Origin: Microcoleus sp.
Lineage (GTDB): Bacteria; Cyanobacteriota; Cyanobacteriia; Cyanobacteriales; Microcoleaceae
Length of the DNA stretch: 64,000 nucleotides
Reading direction: 5' to 3'
NCBI GenBank assembly: GCA_052279835.1
Contig: CP181291.1
Coordinates: forward strand, 2,592,001 to 2,656,000
The notes below the pieces were generated by a model. It was not told the DNA's origin. It saw only the letters and a program-made list of their open reading frames with translations, and did not search any database. Positions 40,128 through 52,080 of the stretch are shown here, in pieces (position 1 is the stretch's first letter; each line of letters opens with the position of its first letter). Both the position numbers and the translations under genes were made by a program.

Positions 40128-40362
40128 ATATCAATTCCGGTTGTATCGGAATGATTTAACCGCGAAGGCGCGTTCGGCGAAGCCGTTCCCGTAGGGTAGG
40201 ACGCGAAGCAAGAGAAGAGAGAGTTTAATACAGGACGATGAAGAGAGGATTTTATATAATATCAAATCCGGTAACATCGGAATTATTCATCTCTCTTATC
40301 TCCCTCTGTGTTCTCTGCGTTCTAGTAAGGTTAAATCATTCCGATGCAGCCGGAAACGATAT
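40128..40362. mobile_element. MITE-like element with 34-bp terminal inverted repeats
   Basis: atatcaattccggttgtatcggaatgatttaacc versus ggttaaatcattccgatgcagccggaaacgatat (30/34). Extra end-like copies near 40259 and at 53117. Confidence 0.75.
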
Positions 40363-40389
40363 AACTGATGATTTAAAAAAAGACCAAAC

Positions 40390-40421
40390 AAAAAGCGCCC
40401 CTATTTCTAGGAGCGCTTTTT
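40390..40421 (-). terminator. Rho-independent terminator of psbA
   Basis: AAAAAGCGCTCCT-loop-AGGGGCGCTTTTT, about 20 nt after the stop. Confidence 0.8.
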
Positions 40422-40440
40422 GTTTATCTCAAGTTAAAAA

Positions 40441-41523
40441 TTAACCGTTGATAGAAGGAGCAACCAAAGCAACTGGTGTGGTTTCGCCAGCAGCCAAGTC
40501 GAGTGGGAAGTTGTGAGCGTTGCGCTCGTGCATTACTTCCATACCCAAGTTAGCGCGGTTGATAACATCAGCCCATGTATTGATTACGCGACCTTGTGAG
40601 TCGATAATCGATTGGTTGAAGTTGAAACCGTTCAAGTTGAAAGCCATGGTGGAGATACCTAGTGCTGTGAACCAGATACCGACAACTGGCCATGCACCTA
40701 ACAAGAAGTGCAAAGAACGGCTGTTGTTGAAAGAAGCATATTGGAAAATCAAACGACCGAAGTAGCCGTGGGCTGCAACGATGTTGTAGGTTTCTTCTTC
40801 TTGACCGAATTTGTAACCGTAGTTTTGCGATTCGGTTTCGGTTGTTTCACGAACCAAAGAAGATGTTACCAAGGAACCGTGCATGGCGGAGAACAAGCTA
40901 CCACCGAAGACACCAGCAACTCCCAACATGTGGAAGGGGTGCATCAGGATGTTGTGCTCGGCTTGGAACACGATCATGAAGTTGAAGGTACCGGAGATAC
41001 CCAAAGGCATACCGTCAGAGAAGGAACCTTGACCGATTGGGTAGATCAAGAATACTGCGGTGGCTGCTGCAACTGGTGCAGAGTAAGCGACGCAGATCCA
41101 AGGACGCATACCTAGGCGGTAGGACAATTCCCATTCACGACCCATGTAGCAGAAAATGCCGATCAGGAAGTGGAAAATCACTAGCTGGTAAGGGCCGCCG
41201 TTGTACAACCACTCATCGAGGGAAGCAGCTTCCCAGATTGGGTAGAAGTGTAAGCCAATGGCGTTGGAAGAAGGAACAACAGCACCTGTGATGATGTTGT
41301 TACCGAACATCAAGGAACCTGCAACTGGTTCGCGGATGCCGTCGATGTCCACAGGAGGAGCAGCGATGAAGGCAACGATGTAGCAGATGGTGGCAGTTAA
41401 GAGGGTAGGAATCATCAAGACGCCGAACCAACCGATATAAATCCGGTTGTCTGTGCTTGTTACCCACTCGCAGAACCGTTCCCAGACGTTGGCGCTTTCG
41501 CGCTGTTGTAAGGTTGTTGTCAT
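40441..41523 (-). CDS. psbA: Photosystem II D1 protein (standard form, Q130)
   Basis: Canonical D1 sequence with [13 protein letters not shown]. Confidence 0.99.
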   Translation of the reverse strand: MTTTLQQRESANVWERFCEWVTSTDNRIYIGWFGVLMIPTLLTATICYIVAFIAAPPVDIDGIREPVAGSLMFGNNIITGAVVPSSNAIGLHFYPIWEAASLDEWLYNGGPYQLVIFHFLIGIFCYMGREWELSYRLGMRPWICVAYSAPVAAATAVFLIYPIGQGSFSDGMPLGISGTFNFMIVFQAEHNILMHPFHMLGVAGVFGGSLFSAMHGSLVTSSLVRETTETESQNYGYKFGQEEETYNIVAAHGYFGRLIFQYASFNNSRSLHFLLGAWPVVGIWFTALGISTMAFNLNGFNFNQSIIDSQGRVINTWADVINRANLGMEVMHERNAHNFPLDLAAGETTPVALVAPSING

Positions 41524-41826
41524 GGTTTTATGATTGCTGTATTTAGTTGTGAATGTTCGGATGATGTCTCTATTATTACGGCTATCACTAAGATTTGTAA
41601 AGGGGTGTAACGACAGTTAAACTGATGATGGGTATAAGCTTGGCTTATACAATCTGCACTCCCCTTCATGGGGAGGAGGCTGGTGATAGGGCATCGGGTA
41701 AGGTGACTATATATATGAGATATTTGGGTTGAGGTGCGATCTCGATCGCCAGAGTGCAAGTTCTACATCTAATGTGCTACAAACTGGCTGTAGTTTGTTT
41801 TTAAATCAAAATTGCTGGCTAATTTA

Positions 41827-42981
41827 ATGCAACGTTTTCCTTGTATATTTTCTTTTTTTTCAGGTTCAGGCTTCCTGGATTTGGGTTTTGAGTCGATCGG
41901 CTTTAATGTAGCTTATGTAAATGAAATATTCTCGCCATTCATCCAAGCATACCGTCACTCTCGCCAGTGTCTAAACTTGCCGCAGCCAGAATACGGACAC
42001 TGCGAAGGAGAGGAAGCAGATGTGACTAGACTTGTAGAGGGAAAACCAGCACTTCACTTGCGGGAATTGATGCAAGATGCTCGCAAAAATCACGAGATTA
42101 TTGGATTTATTGCGGGACCGCCTTGTCCTGACTTTTCAATCGGTGGCAAAAACCGAGGTGGGGAAGGAGATAAAGGCAAACTTTCAGCTTCGTATATTGA
42201 ATTAATTTGCCAACAGCAGCCTGATTTCTTTGTCTTTGAAAATGTTAAAGGTTTGTGGAGAACAAAAAAGCATAAAGCGTTTTATGACGAACTCAAGCAT
42301 CTGTTGGCTGAGGCAGGATATCTCTTTGTGGAACGTTTAATTAATGCGATCGAATATGGTGTGCCACAAGATAGAGATCGAATTATTTTAATCGGTTTCC
42401 GAAAGCATCTTGTCAAAGATATGGGGATTTCCTTAGATAAAAATAGCCAAATGCTACCTGAAGGCGTATTTCCTTGGTCAAGTCAGATTTTATATCCCAA
42501 ATCAGAAGTTTTTTCTCATCCTTGGCCTGAGACTGATGCTTTTGTTTGCGATAGTATTTTGCCTTGTCCTGGTGGTATTCCCCAAGAGTTGACCGTTGAG
42601 TTTTGGCTGAAAAAAAATGATGTAATTAACCATCCGAATGCGGAACATTATTTTCAACCAAGAGCGGGGATTAAAAGGTTTGCTGCTGTCGATGAGGGAG
42701 ATGATTCTAAAAAATCTTACAAGCGTTTGCACAGGTGGCGTTATTCGCCGACTGCTTGTTATGGCAATAACGAAGTTCACTTGCACCCTTACAAATTTCG
42801 CAGGCTTTCTGTTGCAGAAGCCCTGGCGATTCAGTCTCTGCCTAAAAAGTTTGCGCTGCCCGAAAATATGACTTTAACTAATATGTTTAAAACCGTGGGA
42901 AATGGAGTTCCTTATTTAGCAGCGCGCGGGATAGCTCGAACAATTTATCAGTTTTTATGTCGAAAATCAATAGATAAATAA
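41827..42981 (+). CDS. C5-cytosine DNA methyltransferase, no adjacent endonuclease
   Basis: FSGSG; GPPCPDFS; ENVKG; PQDRDR; GNGVP. Confidence 0.93.
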   Translation: MQRFPCIFSFFSGSGFLDLGFESIGFNVAYVNEIFSPFIQAYRHSRQCLNLPQPEYGHCEGEEADVTRLVEGKPALHLRELMQDARKNHEIIGFIAGPPCPDFSIGGKNRGGEGDKGKLSASYIELICQQQPDFFVFENVKGLWRTKKHKAFYDELKHLLAEAGYLFVERLINAIEYGVPQDRDRIILIGFRKHLVKDMGISLDKNSQMLPEGVFPWSSQILYPKSEVFSHPWPETDAFVCDSILPCPGGIPQELTVEFWLKKNDVINHPNAEHYFQPRAGIKRFAAVDEGDDSKKSYKRLHRWRYSPTACYGNNEVHLHPYKFRRLSVAEALAIQSLPKKFALPENMTLTNMFKTVGNGVPYLAARGIARTIYQFLCRKSIDK

Positions 42982-43357
42982 GTGCCAATATATCTCATAA
43001 ACTCGTTTTTTTTGTAGATTGGTCGTGACGACAAAGCAAAATTCGTAGAAACCGGGTTTTTCGCCCCCATGTGTAACAAGTTTATGGCCGCACCCCACAC
43101 AGGCTACGGGTTGGTGAGATCAGTTTTAAAAATGAGTATTTATAGCAAGCAAATAGATTTTGGTGCGTGAGGCGTGGTTCTCATATTTATTTATGGCTGG
43201 CGCAAGTTAATCGGGGTGCCTCACCAACCCTAAAAATTGGTGAAAGTGGTTTTTTTAATGAACTAATAAAAATAAAAGTTCATAAATAGTTTACATTTGT
43301 TATATAATAGTTGGTTAAGGTTGAAAACCTAGATTTTTTATTTGCCTGCAATTCGCC

Positions 43358-44707
43358 ATGACTGTTAAACCCCGCCGCTATCACATTACCACTTTCGGAT
43401 GCCAGATGAATAAAGCCGACTCCGAACGGATGGCCGGCATTCTGGAAAATATGGGCTTTGAGTTCTCGGAAGACCCGAACGAAGCTAGCTTGATTCTTTA
43501 CAATACTTGCACGATTCGTGACAATGCGGAACAAAGAGTTTATTCTAATCTGGGAAGACAGGCTCACCGCAAACGCCAGGAACCGGGTTTAACTTTAATT
43601 GTAGCAGGATGTGTAGCCCAGCAGGAAGGTGAAGCGCTGCTGCGACGTGTGCCGGAATTAGACTTAGTAATGGGGCCACAACACGCGAATCGGCTTGAAG
43701 ATTTACTGGAACAAGTGTTCGAGGGAAATCAAGTTGTGGCGACGGAAGCTGTTGAGATTATGGAGGATATTACTAAGCCTCGCCGCGATAGTCAGGTGAC
43801 GGCTTGGGTGAATGTAATTTATGGTTGCAACGAACGCTGCACTTATTGTGTTGTGCCGAATGTGCGCGGGGTTGAACAGTCGCGAATGCCAGAAGCAATT
43901 CGGGCGGAAATGGAGGAGTTGGGCCGTCAAGGTTACAAGGAAGTAACTTTATTGGGGCAAAATATTGATGCTTATGGTAGGGATTTGCCGGGGACGAAAC
44001 CGGATGGTAGTCATCAGCATACTTTGACGGATTTGCTTTATTTTGTGCAGGATGTTCCTGGAGTCGATCGCCTGCGATTTGCTACTAGCCACCCGCGCTA
44101 TTTTACGGAAAGATTAATTAAGGCTTGTGCGGAATTACCCCAGGTTTGCGAACATTTTCATATTCCTTTTCAGTCGGGCGACAATGATATTTTGAAGGCG
44201 ATGTCGCGGGGCTATACTCAGGAGAAATATTTGCGAATTATTGATACCATTCGCCGTTATATGCCGGATGCTTCGATTACTGCGGATGCGATTGTGGGCT
44301 TTCCTGGGGAGACGGAAGCGCAGTTTGAGAAGACTTTGAAGTTGATTGAAGATGTTGGTTTCGATTTGGTGAATACGGCGGCTTATTCGCCACGCCCAGG
44401 CACACCGGCCGCTTTGTGGGAAAATCAGTTGAGTGAGGAGGTGAAGGCCGATCGCCTACAACGGATTAATCATGTGGTGACAACAACGGCTATGGAGCGA
44501 TCGCAACGCTATTTCGGACGTGTTGAAGAGGTATTAGTCGAAGTCCAAAATGTCAAAGTTCCCAGTCAGGTGATGGGCCGGACTCGCGGCAATCGTCTGA
44601 CTTTTTTTAAGGGTGATATTGCTGAATTAGCGGGTAAAATAGTGCGGGTTAAGATTACAGATATTCGCGCTTTTAGCTTGACTGGGGAAATGGTGGAAAA
44701 TTGGTGA
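43358..44707 (+). CDS. miaB: tRNA-2-methylthio-N6-isopentenyladenosine synthase
   Basis: [25 protein letters not shown]-terminal TRAM domain. Confidence 0.97.
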   Translation: MTVKPRRYHITTFGCQMNKADSERMAGILENMGFEFSEDPNEASLILYNTCTIRDNAEQRVYSNLGRQAHRKRQEPGLTLIVAGCVAQQEGEALLRRVPELDLVMGPQHANRLEDLLEQVFEGNQVVATEAVEIMEDITKPRRDSQVTAWVNVIYGCNERCTYCVVPNVRGVEQSRMPEAIRAEMEELGRQGYKEVTLLGQNIDAYGRDLPGTKPDGSHQHTLTDLLYFVQDVPGVDRLRFATSHPRYFTERLIKACAELPQVCEHFHIPFQSGDNDILKAMSRGYTQEKYLRIIDTIRRYMPDASITADAIVGFPGETEAQFEKTLKLIEDVGFDLVNTAAYSPRPGTPAALWENQLSEEVKADRLQRINHVVTTTAMERSQRYFGRVEEVLVEVQNVKVPSQVMGRTRGNRLTFFKGDIAELAGKIVRVKITDIRAFSLTGEMVENW

Positions 44708-44867
44708 ACTTTTCTAAGAAGATGTATTTTTTTTTACCGCAGAGAGCGCAGAGGACACAGAGGAGGAGTGGAATGGAGGGGATATGTAGTCTTAAAGCGG
44801 TTTGTCTGTGCGTTAGTTGCGCTCTCTCCGTGTATATTTGTCAAGAAGTGCTAGGAGTAGGGAAAAA

Positions 44868-45920
44868 ATGACAAAAATACGGGTCGGGCTGTTATTCGGT
44901 GGGCGATCGGGGGAACATGAAGTCTCAATTAGTTCCGCAAGGGCGATCGCGCGAGCTCTTGCTTCCGAGGAAAACGCCACCAAATACGAAGTGCAGCCAT
45001 TCTATATCCAAAAAGACGGCCGCTGGTTGTCGGGAACAATACCTCAAGAAGTTTTAGCAGCAGGAAAACCTCTGGAAATAGAGTCACCAGGAACAGAAAA
45101 TGATTCTGTTTTATCTCGCCAATTTCCTAGTTTCAATGACATAGATGTTTGCTTCCCAGTTCTGCACGGACCCAACGGCGAAGACGGTACGGTGCAAGGG
45201 TTGCTGAAATTAATGCAAATTCCGTTTGTGGGTTCCGGGGTTTTAGCTTCGGCGATGGGAATGGATAAAATTGCGATGAAAATGGCCTTTGCTCACGCAG
45301 GTTTGCCGCAGGTAAAATACATCGCGGTTAATCGTTCGGAAATCTGGTCTAATCCTTGTGTTTTTCCTAAACTGTGCGACAAAATTGAGGAAACTTTGGG
45401 CTATCCTTGCTTTGTGAAGCCTGCTAATTTGGGTTCGTCGGTGGGAATTTCTAAAGTGCGATCGCGCGGCGAATTAGAAGCTGCCCTTGACAGTGCTGCT
45501 AGTTACGATCGCCGGATAATTGTCGAAGCTGGTGTAGTTGCTAGAGAATTAGAATGTGCTGTTTTGGGTAACGAGACTCCTCAAGCTTCAACAGTGGGAG
45601 AAATTAGTTTTAATAGCGATTTCTACGACTATGAAACTAAGTATACCCAAGGGCAAGCAGATTTGTCAATTCCGGCAAAAGTAAGCAGTGTTATTATCTC
45701 ACAAATTCAAGAAATGGCAGTGCAAGCATTTTTAGCCATAGACGGCGCTGGTCTGGGTAGAGTAGACTTTTTTTACGTGGAATCTACAGGAGAAGTTTTG
45801 ATTAATGAAATCAACACCTTTCCCGGCTTCACTGCTACCAGTATGTATCCCCAACTTTGGGAAGCTTCGGGTATTTCTTTCTCGGAATTAGTAGACCGTT
45901 TAATTCAATTAGCTCTCTGA
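44868..45920 (+). CDS. ddl: D-alanine--D-alanine ligase
   Basis: [31 protein letters not shown]. Confidence 0.97.
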   Translation: MTKIRVGLLFGGRSGEHEVSISSARAIARALASEENATKYEVQPFYIQKDGRWLSGTIPQEVLAAGKPLEIESPGTENDSVLSRQFPSFNDIDVCFPVLHGPNGEDGTVQGLLKLMQIPFVGSGVLASAMGMDKIAMKMAFAHAGLPQVKYIAVNRSEIWSNPCVFPKLCDKIEETLGYPCFVKPANLGSSVGISKVRSRGELEAALDSAASYDRRIIVEAGVVARELECAVLGNETPQASTVGEISFNSDFYDYETKYTQGQADLSIPAKVSSVIISQIQEMAVQAFLAIDGAGLGRVDFFYVESTGEVLINEINTFPGFTATSMYPQLWEASGISFSELVDRLIQLAL

Positions 45921-46184
45921 GCGCCACGGCGAGAAATCTTGAATCGCGAACCTTAAACGGTAAACTACCAAGATCCAAAAATAAATTATTCCGCAGGTTA
46001 TATATCCTTACCTGCGGAAACGAGATAAGATTGTTGTGGGAGCAGGTTTTGGTGTAAAACCAAATTTTCGCTGCCAGCTCAACAACTGGGAATTTTCCAT
46101 TAGGCAGGTATGAGTAAATGAGAGCGACAAACATTAGGGTTCAACTTAACTCTAGAATCTCAGGTTTTAAATCCGTTAACTTAA

Positions 46185-47267
46185 ATGAGACCTTTCACTA
46201 AATTACCGCAGTGGTGGATTTATGGATTGTTATTCCCCCTAGCAATACTCAACTGCTGGTTAGCCCTCCTAGTCTTTGAATATTTTCGCGCCCTGATTAC
46301 TGTTTTAGTTATCGCTACAGTGCTGTCTTTTTTGCTAGATTACCCAGTCCGGTTTCTGTCGAGTTATGGCATGAAGCGCGATCGGGCGGTTTTGTCAGTA
46401 TTACTTGTTACTTTATTCGTACTGGTGGTTTTAGGCCTGACTCTGGCTCCGATTCTACTAACTCAACTCACCGAACTTGCAACCAGACTGCCGACTTGGA
46501 TCGTTTCTGGCACCGAACAGATTGAAGCCTTCCACAAATGGGCAGAAAATCGTAATCTACGTATAGATGTTAGTGGTTTGACTACTCAATTGAGCGATCG
46601 ACTTTCGGCTCAATTGCAGTCTCTAACCGGGGAAATTCTAAAATTTGGCTTAGGCGCAGCAGACAGTCTATTGAACTTTCTCCTCACAATAGTTCTGACA
46701 TTTTACTTGCTGTTGCATGGCGATAAAGTTTGGGAAGGCTTGTTTAAATGGTTGCCCTCCAAGCTGAGTCTCCAATTGCGAGAATTGCTACCGCGAAGCT
46801 TTCACAACTACTTCGTTGGACAGGCAACTTTAGCAAGTTTGATGGGACTTTCCATGACGGTTGCTTTTTTAATTTTGCGAGTTCCCTTCGGCCTATTGTT
46901 TGGTTTGGGCGTGGGTGTAATGACTCTAATTCCTTTTGGAGCACCTTTTAGTATTTGCATGGTTAGTTTGCTAATCACACTTAACAACTTTTGGCTGGGA
47001 GTCACAGTTTTGACTGTGGCTACAGTCATCGATCAATTAATTGAAAATGCAGTAGCCCCTAGGCTGATGGGCAGTTTTATTGGTCTCAATCCCGTCTGGA
47101 TTTTAGTTTCGCTGCTGGTGGGAATCAAGGTGGGTGGAGTAGTTGGTTTGTTGGTGGCTGTGCCGATGGCTGGTTTTATTAAGAATGCTGTTGATGCTGT
47201 GGAACATTCCAGAAACCTCTCGAAAGAAAGTAATGCGGGAGTTTTTGTTGAGTCTGCCGATCGATAA
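46185..47267 (+). CDS. AI-2E family (PerM-like) transporter
   Basis: Multi-TM; YFVGQ; ENAVAPRLMG...GLNPV...GVVGLLVAVP. Confidence 0.88.
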   Translation: MRPFTKLPQWWIYGLLFPLAILNCWLALLVFEYFRALITVLVIATVLSFLLDYPVRFLSSYGMKRDRAVLSVLLVTLFVLVVLGLTLAPILLTQLTELATRLPTWIVSGTEQIEAFHKWAENRNLRIDVSGLTTQLSDRLSAQLQSLTGEILKFGLGAADSLLNFLLTIVLTFYLLLHGDKVWEGLFKWLPSKLSLQLRELLPRSFHNYFVGQATLASLMGLSMTVAFLILRVPFGLLFGLGVGVMTLIPFGAPFSICMVSLLITLNNFWLGVTVLTVATVIDQLIENAVAPRLMGSFIGLNPVWILVSLLVGIKVGGVVGLLVAVPMAGFIKNAVDAVEHSRNLSKESNAGVFVESADR

Positions 47268-47616
47268 ACTGGCTAATTTCGTTGTCAAAAGTGTGAAAAA
47301 TTCCTGGCGAATGCGGAATCTCCACGTCAGGGGCCGTAGTTTTGATTGTTGAAGCATCAGCCAATTAGCCAGTGCTGCCTGAGTTCGGCTCCAAATCTCC
47401 GCCACCGGTGGAAACCAAAGTTGACCATACCTAGCACGGTTTCTACCCCAAGGTGTAGGGTAAATCCCCCAAACAAACAGAGGTAAGAAATGCTTCAATT
47501 TAAGTTAAAGCTTCTTTCGTTTGATAGCAACCTTATCGATGTCTCCCGAATTTTTTCCTGGGTCTAACCATTGATTATCTTGCTTCTGCCATAACTTAAT
47601 TTAGTAGGTACTACCA

Positions 47617-48912
47617 ATGAAAAACCCTAATTATAATTACCGCTCTGACTCGAATCAAATCAATATTACGGAAACCCAAAATATGCCTAATCAAACTCAG
47701 CATCATCGCCGTTTGTCTTTACCGAAAAAATTGGCTTTTTTATCCTTGATTTTGCTCGGTTCCAGCGCCACTGTTGGGTGCAATGCCCTAACTTCGCAAG
47801 TGCCGGGGAGTTCTAATGATATCAAAGGTGAAACCTCAAGTCCAGCGCCCATTGCAGCAGTTCCTGTGAATATACTGCCCTCTCAAGACTCTAATTTTGT
47901 GACAAAAGTAGTGCAGCAAGTCGGCCCGGCAGTGGTACGGATTAATTCCTCTCGCACAGTGAAGAGCCAACAACCTGATGTTTTAGAAGACCCATTTTTC
48001 CGTCGTTTCTTTGGCTCAGAATCTCCGATTGCGCCACAAAATCGGGTCGAACGGGGTTCAGGTTCGGGTTTTGTTTTTGGTTCCGATGGTCGCATTTTGA
48101 CTAACGCTCACGTTGTTGATGGTGCCGATACGGTGACGGTAAAACTGAAAGATGGTAGGGAATTTGTCGGCAAAGTTTTAGGTATAGATACAGTGACAGA
48201 TGTGGCTGTGGTTAAAATTGAAGCTAACAATTTGCCTGTGGTTAGTTTGGGTAAATCGGAAGAGTTGCAGCCTGGTGAATGGGCGATCGCGATCGGCAAT
48301 CCCCTCGGTTTGGACAATACTGTTACTGTGGGGATTATTAGCGCTACAGGTCGTTCTAGCTCGGATGTGGGTGTTCCCGACAAGCGCGTCAGCTTTATTC
48401 AAACTGATGCTGCGATTAATCCTGGTAATTCCGGTGGCCCATTGCTGAACCAACGCGGTCAAGTTATTGGCATGAATACGGCGATTATTCAAGGTGCTCA
48501 GGGATTGGGTTTTGCTATTCCGATCGATCGAGCACAACAAATTGCCGAGCAATTAGCAACAACAGGTAAAGCCGAACATCCTTATCTCGGCGTTCGGATG
48601 TTGAGTATCACTCCCGAAGTCAAGGCCGAATTTAATAAAAATCCCAACACTAAATTGAGACTAACGGAAGATAAAGGTGTGTTAGTTTTGGGAATTGTGA
48701 AAGGTTCTCCGGCGGCACAAGCTGGTGTTCGCGTTGCTGACGTCATCAAAAAAATTAACGGTCAAGAAGTCAGCGATGCCGGTAGCGTACAGCAAATTGT
48801 GGAGAAAAGTAAGGTTGGTAGCGATATGCAGCTTGAGTTAAGTCGTGGCGGACAAGCTGTGACTGTGGCTGTTAAATCTGGTGCTTTTCCAGCGAATCAG
48901 AAGCAGCAGTAG
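47617..48912 (+). CDS. HtrA/HhoA-family serine protease with PDZ domain
   Basis: [23 protein letters not shown]. Confidence 0.95.
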   Translation: MKNPNYNYRSDSNQINITETQNMPNQTQHHRRLSLPKKLAFLSLILLGSSATVGCNALTSQVPGSSNDIKGETSSPAPIAAVPVNILPSQDSNFVTKVVQQVGPAVVRINSSRTVKSQQPDVLEDPFFRRFFGSESPIAPQNRVERGSGSGFVFGSDGRILTNAHVVDGADTVTVKLKDGREFVGKVLGIDTVTDVAVVKIEANNLPVVSLGKSEELQPGEWAIAIGNPLGLDNTVTVGIISATGRSSSDVGVPDKRVSFIQTDAAINPGNSGGPLLNQRGQVIGMNTAIIQGAQGLGFAIPIDRAQQIAEQLATTGKAEHPYLGVRMLSITPEVKAEFNKNPNTKLRLTEDKGVLVLGIVKGSPAAQAGVRVADVIKKINGQEVSDAGSVQQIVEKSKVGSDMQLELSRGGQAVTVAVKSGAFPANQKQQ

Positions 48913-49130
48913 CATCTAAAAAATAGGACACCCAGAACCCCGACTTCGCAGAAGTTGTCGGGGTTCTAATCGTTCCACCCGTGCGTAAGTCCTCAAAGCA
49001 ACCGGGTTTTTTACCGCATCAGCGCGCCACCACGAAGTATTCTCAAAAAAAACAGGTTTCTCAACCCCGATGGGTAAGTCCTATTGGTATACTTAACAAG
49101 TATTTATATTTGTTATTAAGAGGTAGAAAC

Positions 49131-50003
49131 ATGGCTCAGATTAATCGGCGGCGTCCTGAAAATATTAGTGGTAATTTTTATGTAGATAGTACCTGCATTA
49201 GCTGCGATACTTGTCGGTGGATGGCCCCGGAAGTATTTGTGGAAGTGGGAGAACAATCAGCGGTTTACCATCAGCCAATTAACGAGACTGAAGAAAGGCG
49301 ATCGCTCGCAGCTCTTTTGTCTTGTCCCACAAGTTCGATCGGCACTGTGGACAAACCAAAAAATATCAAGGAAGTTCAGCAACATTTGCCAGCACTCGTA
49401 GCAGAAAATATCTACCACTGTGGCTATCATTCCGAGAAATCCTACGGTGCTGCTAGCTATTTAATTGTGCGTCCAGAGGGCAATATTTTGGTCGATTCTC
49501 CTCGTTTTGTGCCGCCGCTAGTTAAAAATATCGAAGCAATGGGGGGGATTCGCTATCTGTACTTGACTCACCGGGATGATGTGGCAGATCATCAACAATA
49601 CCGAGACCATTTTGGCTGCGATCGCATTTTGCATAGTGACGAAATTAATGCGGGTACTAGCAGTGTAGAAATTCAATTGTCTGGGAACGAACCGCATCAA
49701 ATAGCAGATGATTTGTTGATTATTGCTGTACCCGGTCATACGAAAGGTCACACAGTTTTACTTTATAATAACAAGTTTTTGTTTAGTGGCGATCATCTCG
49801 CCTGGTCGGAAAGTTTGCAGCATTTGATTGGGTTTCGCCAAGTCTGTTGGTATTCTTGGGAGGCACAAATCAAATCGATGCAGAATTTGGCTAATTATGA
49901 CTTTGAGTGGGTGTTGCCGGGGCACGGTCGCAGGTATCATGCTGAGGTGGAAACTATGCGAGAGCAAATGCAGCAGTGTATTGCTTGGATGATCGAAGCT
50001 TAA
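49131..50003 (+). CDS. MBL-fold metallohydrolase with N-terminal ferredoxin-like domain
   Basis: CISCDTC...CP; THRDDVADH; PGHT; GDH; PGHG. Confidence 0.88.
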   Translation: MAQINRRRPENISGNFYVDSTCISCDTCRWMAPEVFVEVGEQSAVYHQPINETEERRSLAALLSCPTSSIGTVDKPKNIKEVQQHLPALVAENIYHCGYHSEKSYGAASYLIVRPEGNILVDSPRFVPPLVKNIEAMGGIRYLYLTHRDDVADHQQYRDHFGCDRILHSDEINAGTSSVEIQLSGNEPHQIADDLLIIAVPGHTKGHTVLLYNNKFLFSGDHLAWSESLQHLIGFRQVCWYSWEAQIKSMQNLANYDFEWVLPGHGRRYHAEVETMREQMQQCIAWMIEA

Positions 50004-50153
50004 TGCGCTCAGTTTTGTTGTTTTGTTATGGATGATTTTAGCCGATCGCCCAAACTGGATTTTTTTGCCCCCATTAATGTTGTTGGGGCGGGTTTTACCC
50101 TAAATATTTGCATCCCATTCAAATAATAAATAAACCCGCTCCAATTCAGCGAC

Positions 50154-51563
50154 TTAAGCTACTAAAAAAGCCGCACACTCCACATGAGAAGTCTGAGGAA
50201 AGAAATCAGCCGGCTGCACCCGCACCAATTTATAATCCCCATTTTCACACAAAATTTTCAAGTCGCGAGCCAAAGTAGCCGGCTTGCAGCTAATATAAAC
50301 AATCCGACTCGGTTTAATTTGCTTAATAGTTTCTAAAACCGAGCGATCGCACCCCTTACGCGGCGGATCTAACAACACAATATCCGGCACAACATCCAAC
50401 TGTGGCAGTAACTTTTCCACAGTTCCAACCTTAAATGTCACATTTGTCAAGCCATTTAATTCAGCATTCAAATCAGCTTGGGCGATCGCCTCAGATTGCA
50501 CTTCCAAACCTACAGCTTTTTGCACTTGTTTCGCCAGCGGCAAGGTAAAAGTACCAATCCCGCAATAAGCATCAACCAAAACCTCATTTCCCTGCAAATT
50601 CAATTCCGCTACAATCGCCTGCAACAAACCCTCAGCCGCCTCTGTATTCACCTGAAAAAAAGTATCCGCCCTTAACTGAAACTCCAAACCAGCAAACTCT
50701 TCTCGCAGATAAGCACGACCGGCAATACAGCGAGTTTCCGCACCAAAAATCACATTAGTTTTCGCAGAATTGACATTCAAACAAACACCAGTAAGTTCAG
50801 GATAGCGCTTCAACCAATCAGAGGCTTGGGCTTCCAGTCCCGGCAAATCTCCTGTCCGAACGATTAAAGTTAGTAACATCTCCCCGGTGCGTCGTCCAAT
50901 TCGCAAAGATAAGTGACGCAATTCTCCTGTATGCTGCTTTTCGTCATACACAGGCCAATCCCGCCAGTGTATGTCTTCTTTCACCTCTTTTAATAAAGGA
51001 TTTAGCCTGGGGTCTTGGACTGGACACTGATTCAAATTAACTAATTTGTGAGTGCTTTTTTGATAGTAACCCGCTTGAACTTGACCTGTGACAGATATGC
51101 CTAAAGGATAGGTTGCTTTGTTGCGGTATCCCAAAAACTGGGGGAAATTATCTATTTTTCCGGCTAAAATTTCATCTACTCGCAAATCGCTAAAGCCGCC
51201 AATGCGTTCTAAAGCTTGAATGACTTGATTTTGTTTAGCTGTAAGCTGATAATCATAATCTACGTGCTGCCACTGACAGCCGCCGCACTTGTCGGCGACA
51301 ATACAGTTGGGTCGGATGCGGTGTTCCGATGCTTCCAGAAGGGTGTCCAGCTTACCTGTAGCGTAGGTGGATTTGACTTGCAGGAGGCGGACGAGAACTC
51401 GATCGCCCGGAACAGTATCAGCCACAAACACCACAAGCTGACCAAAACGGCCAACTCCGTCGCCGGTATCTGCCAAGTCAGTAATCTCTATTTCTATCAG
51501 TTGACCTTGCTGGCAAGGGTTTACCGATTTCGATTTGGGTATGGGGAATTTAGATTGGTTCAT
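50154..51563 (-). CDS. rlmD: 23S rRNA (uracil-5)-methyltransferase RlmD
   Basis: TRAM domain; CGGCQWQH; FFQVN; DAYCGIG; DPPRKG; FFPQTSHVE. Start set at MNQSKF because the longer ORF runs through repeats. Confidence 0.93.
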   Translation of the reverse strand: MNQSKFPIPKSKSVNPCQQGQLIEIEITDLADTGDGVGRFGQLVVFVADTVPGDRVLVRLLQVKSTYATGKLDTLLEASEHRIRPNCIVADKCGGCQWQHVDYDYQLTAKQNQVIQALERIGGFSDLRVDEILAGKIDNFPQFLGYRNKATYPLGISVTGQVQAGYYQKSTHKLVNLNQCPVQDPRLNPLLKEVKEDIHWRDWPVYDEKQHTGELRHLSLRIGRRTGEMLLTLIVRTGDLPGLEAQASDWLKRYPELTGVCLNVNSAKTNVIFGAETRCIAGRAYLREEFAGLEFQLRADTFFQVNTEAAEGLLQAIVAELNLQGNEVLVDAYCGIGTFTLPLAKQVQKAVGLEVQSEAIAQADLNAELNGLTNVTFKVGTVEKLLPQLDVVPDIVLLDPPRKGCDRSVLETIKQIKPSRIVYISCKPATLARDLKILCENGDYKLVRVQPADFFPQTSHVECAAFLVA

Positions 51564-51650
51564 TAATATTGTTCTGAATGCTTTAAGGTTGAAGCATTTT
51601 AAATCTATTATCTCATCAAAATAGGACTTAGGCAAAAAAAGATTTTTTAG

Positions 51651-51882
51651 TAATTGGTAATAGGTAATTGGTAATAGGTAATTGGTAATAGGTAAGTGAT
51701 AATAAATATCTCCCATAATTAAAGCGCAACCTTTCAGTCAGGTTGCGCTTTTTTTTAAGAAACTAATATAGCGTAATAGGTAATGGGGCATGGGGCATGG
51801 GGCATGGGGCATGGGCTATAGGGCATTACTAATTACCAATTACCAATTACCAATTACCAATTACCTATTACCTATTACCTAT
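51651..51882. repeat. Mixed heptamer repeats (GGTAAT[T/A], GGGGCAT, ATTACC[A/T])
   Basis: Directly visible. Confidence 0.9.
51721..51756 (+). terminator. Strong hairpin with U-tract
   Basis: aaagcgcaacct-ttcagtc-aggttgcgcttt followed by a T-run. Confidence 0.65.
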
Positions 51883-52080
51883 TCTCGCTCCTACCTCCTA
51901 TGAGAGAGCGACAGACTATAATAGTCCCCTCAAATTATTAGTGAGCAGAACCGTTACCATGATACTTGTCGGTGTCGTAGAATCCGTTTTTTGTGCCGAA
52001 AAATAAACAGCACACGGTGAAAACGGCTGTCAAGACTGCTAAAACTAACTTAACGTCCATAATTTACCTTCTCTGATTCA

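Noticed and set aside
40441..41523. Atypical (rogue or far-red) D1
   Set aside because: The sequence looks canonical, with the C-terminal ligand region intact.
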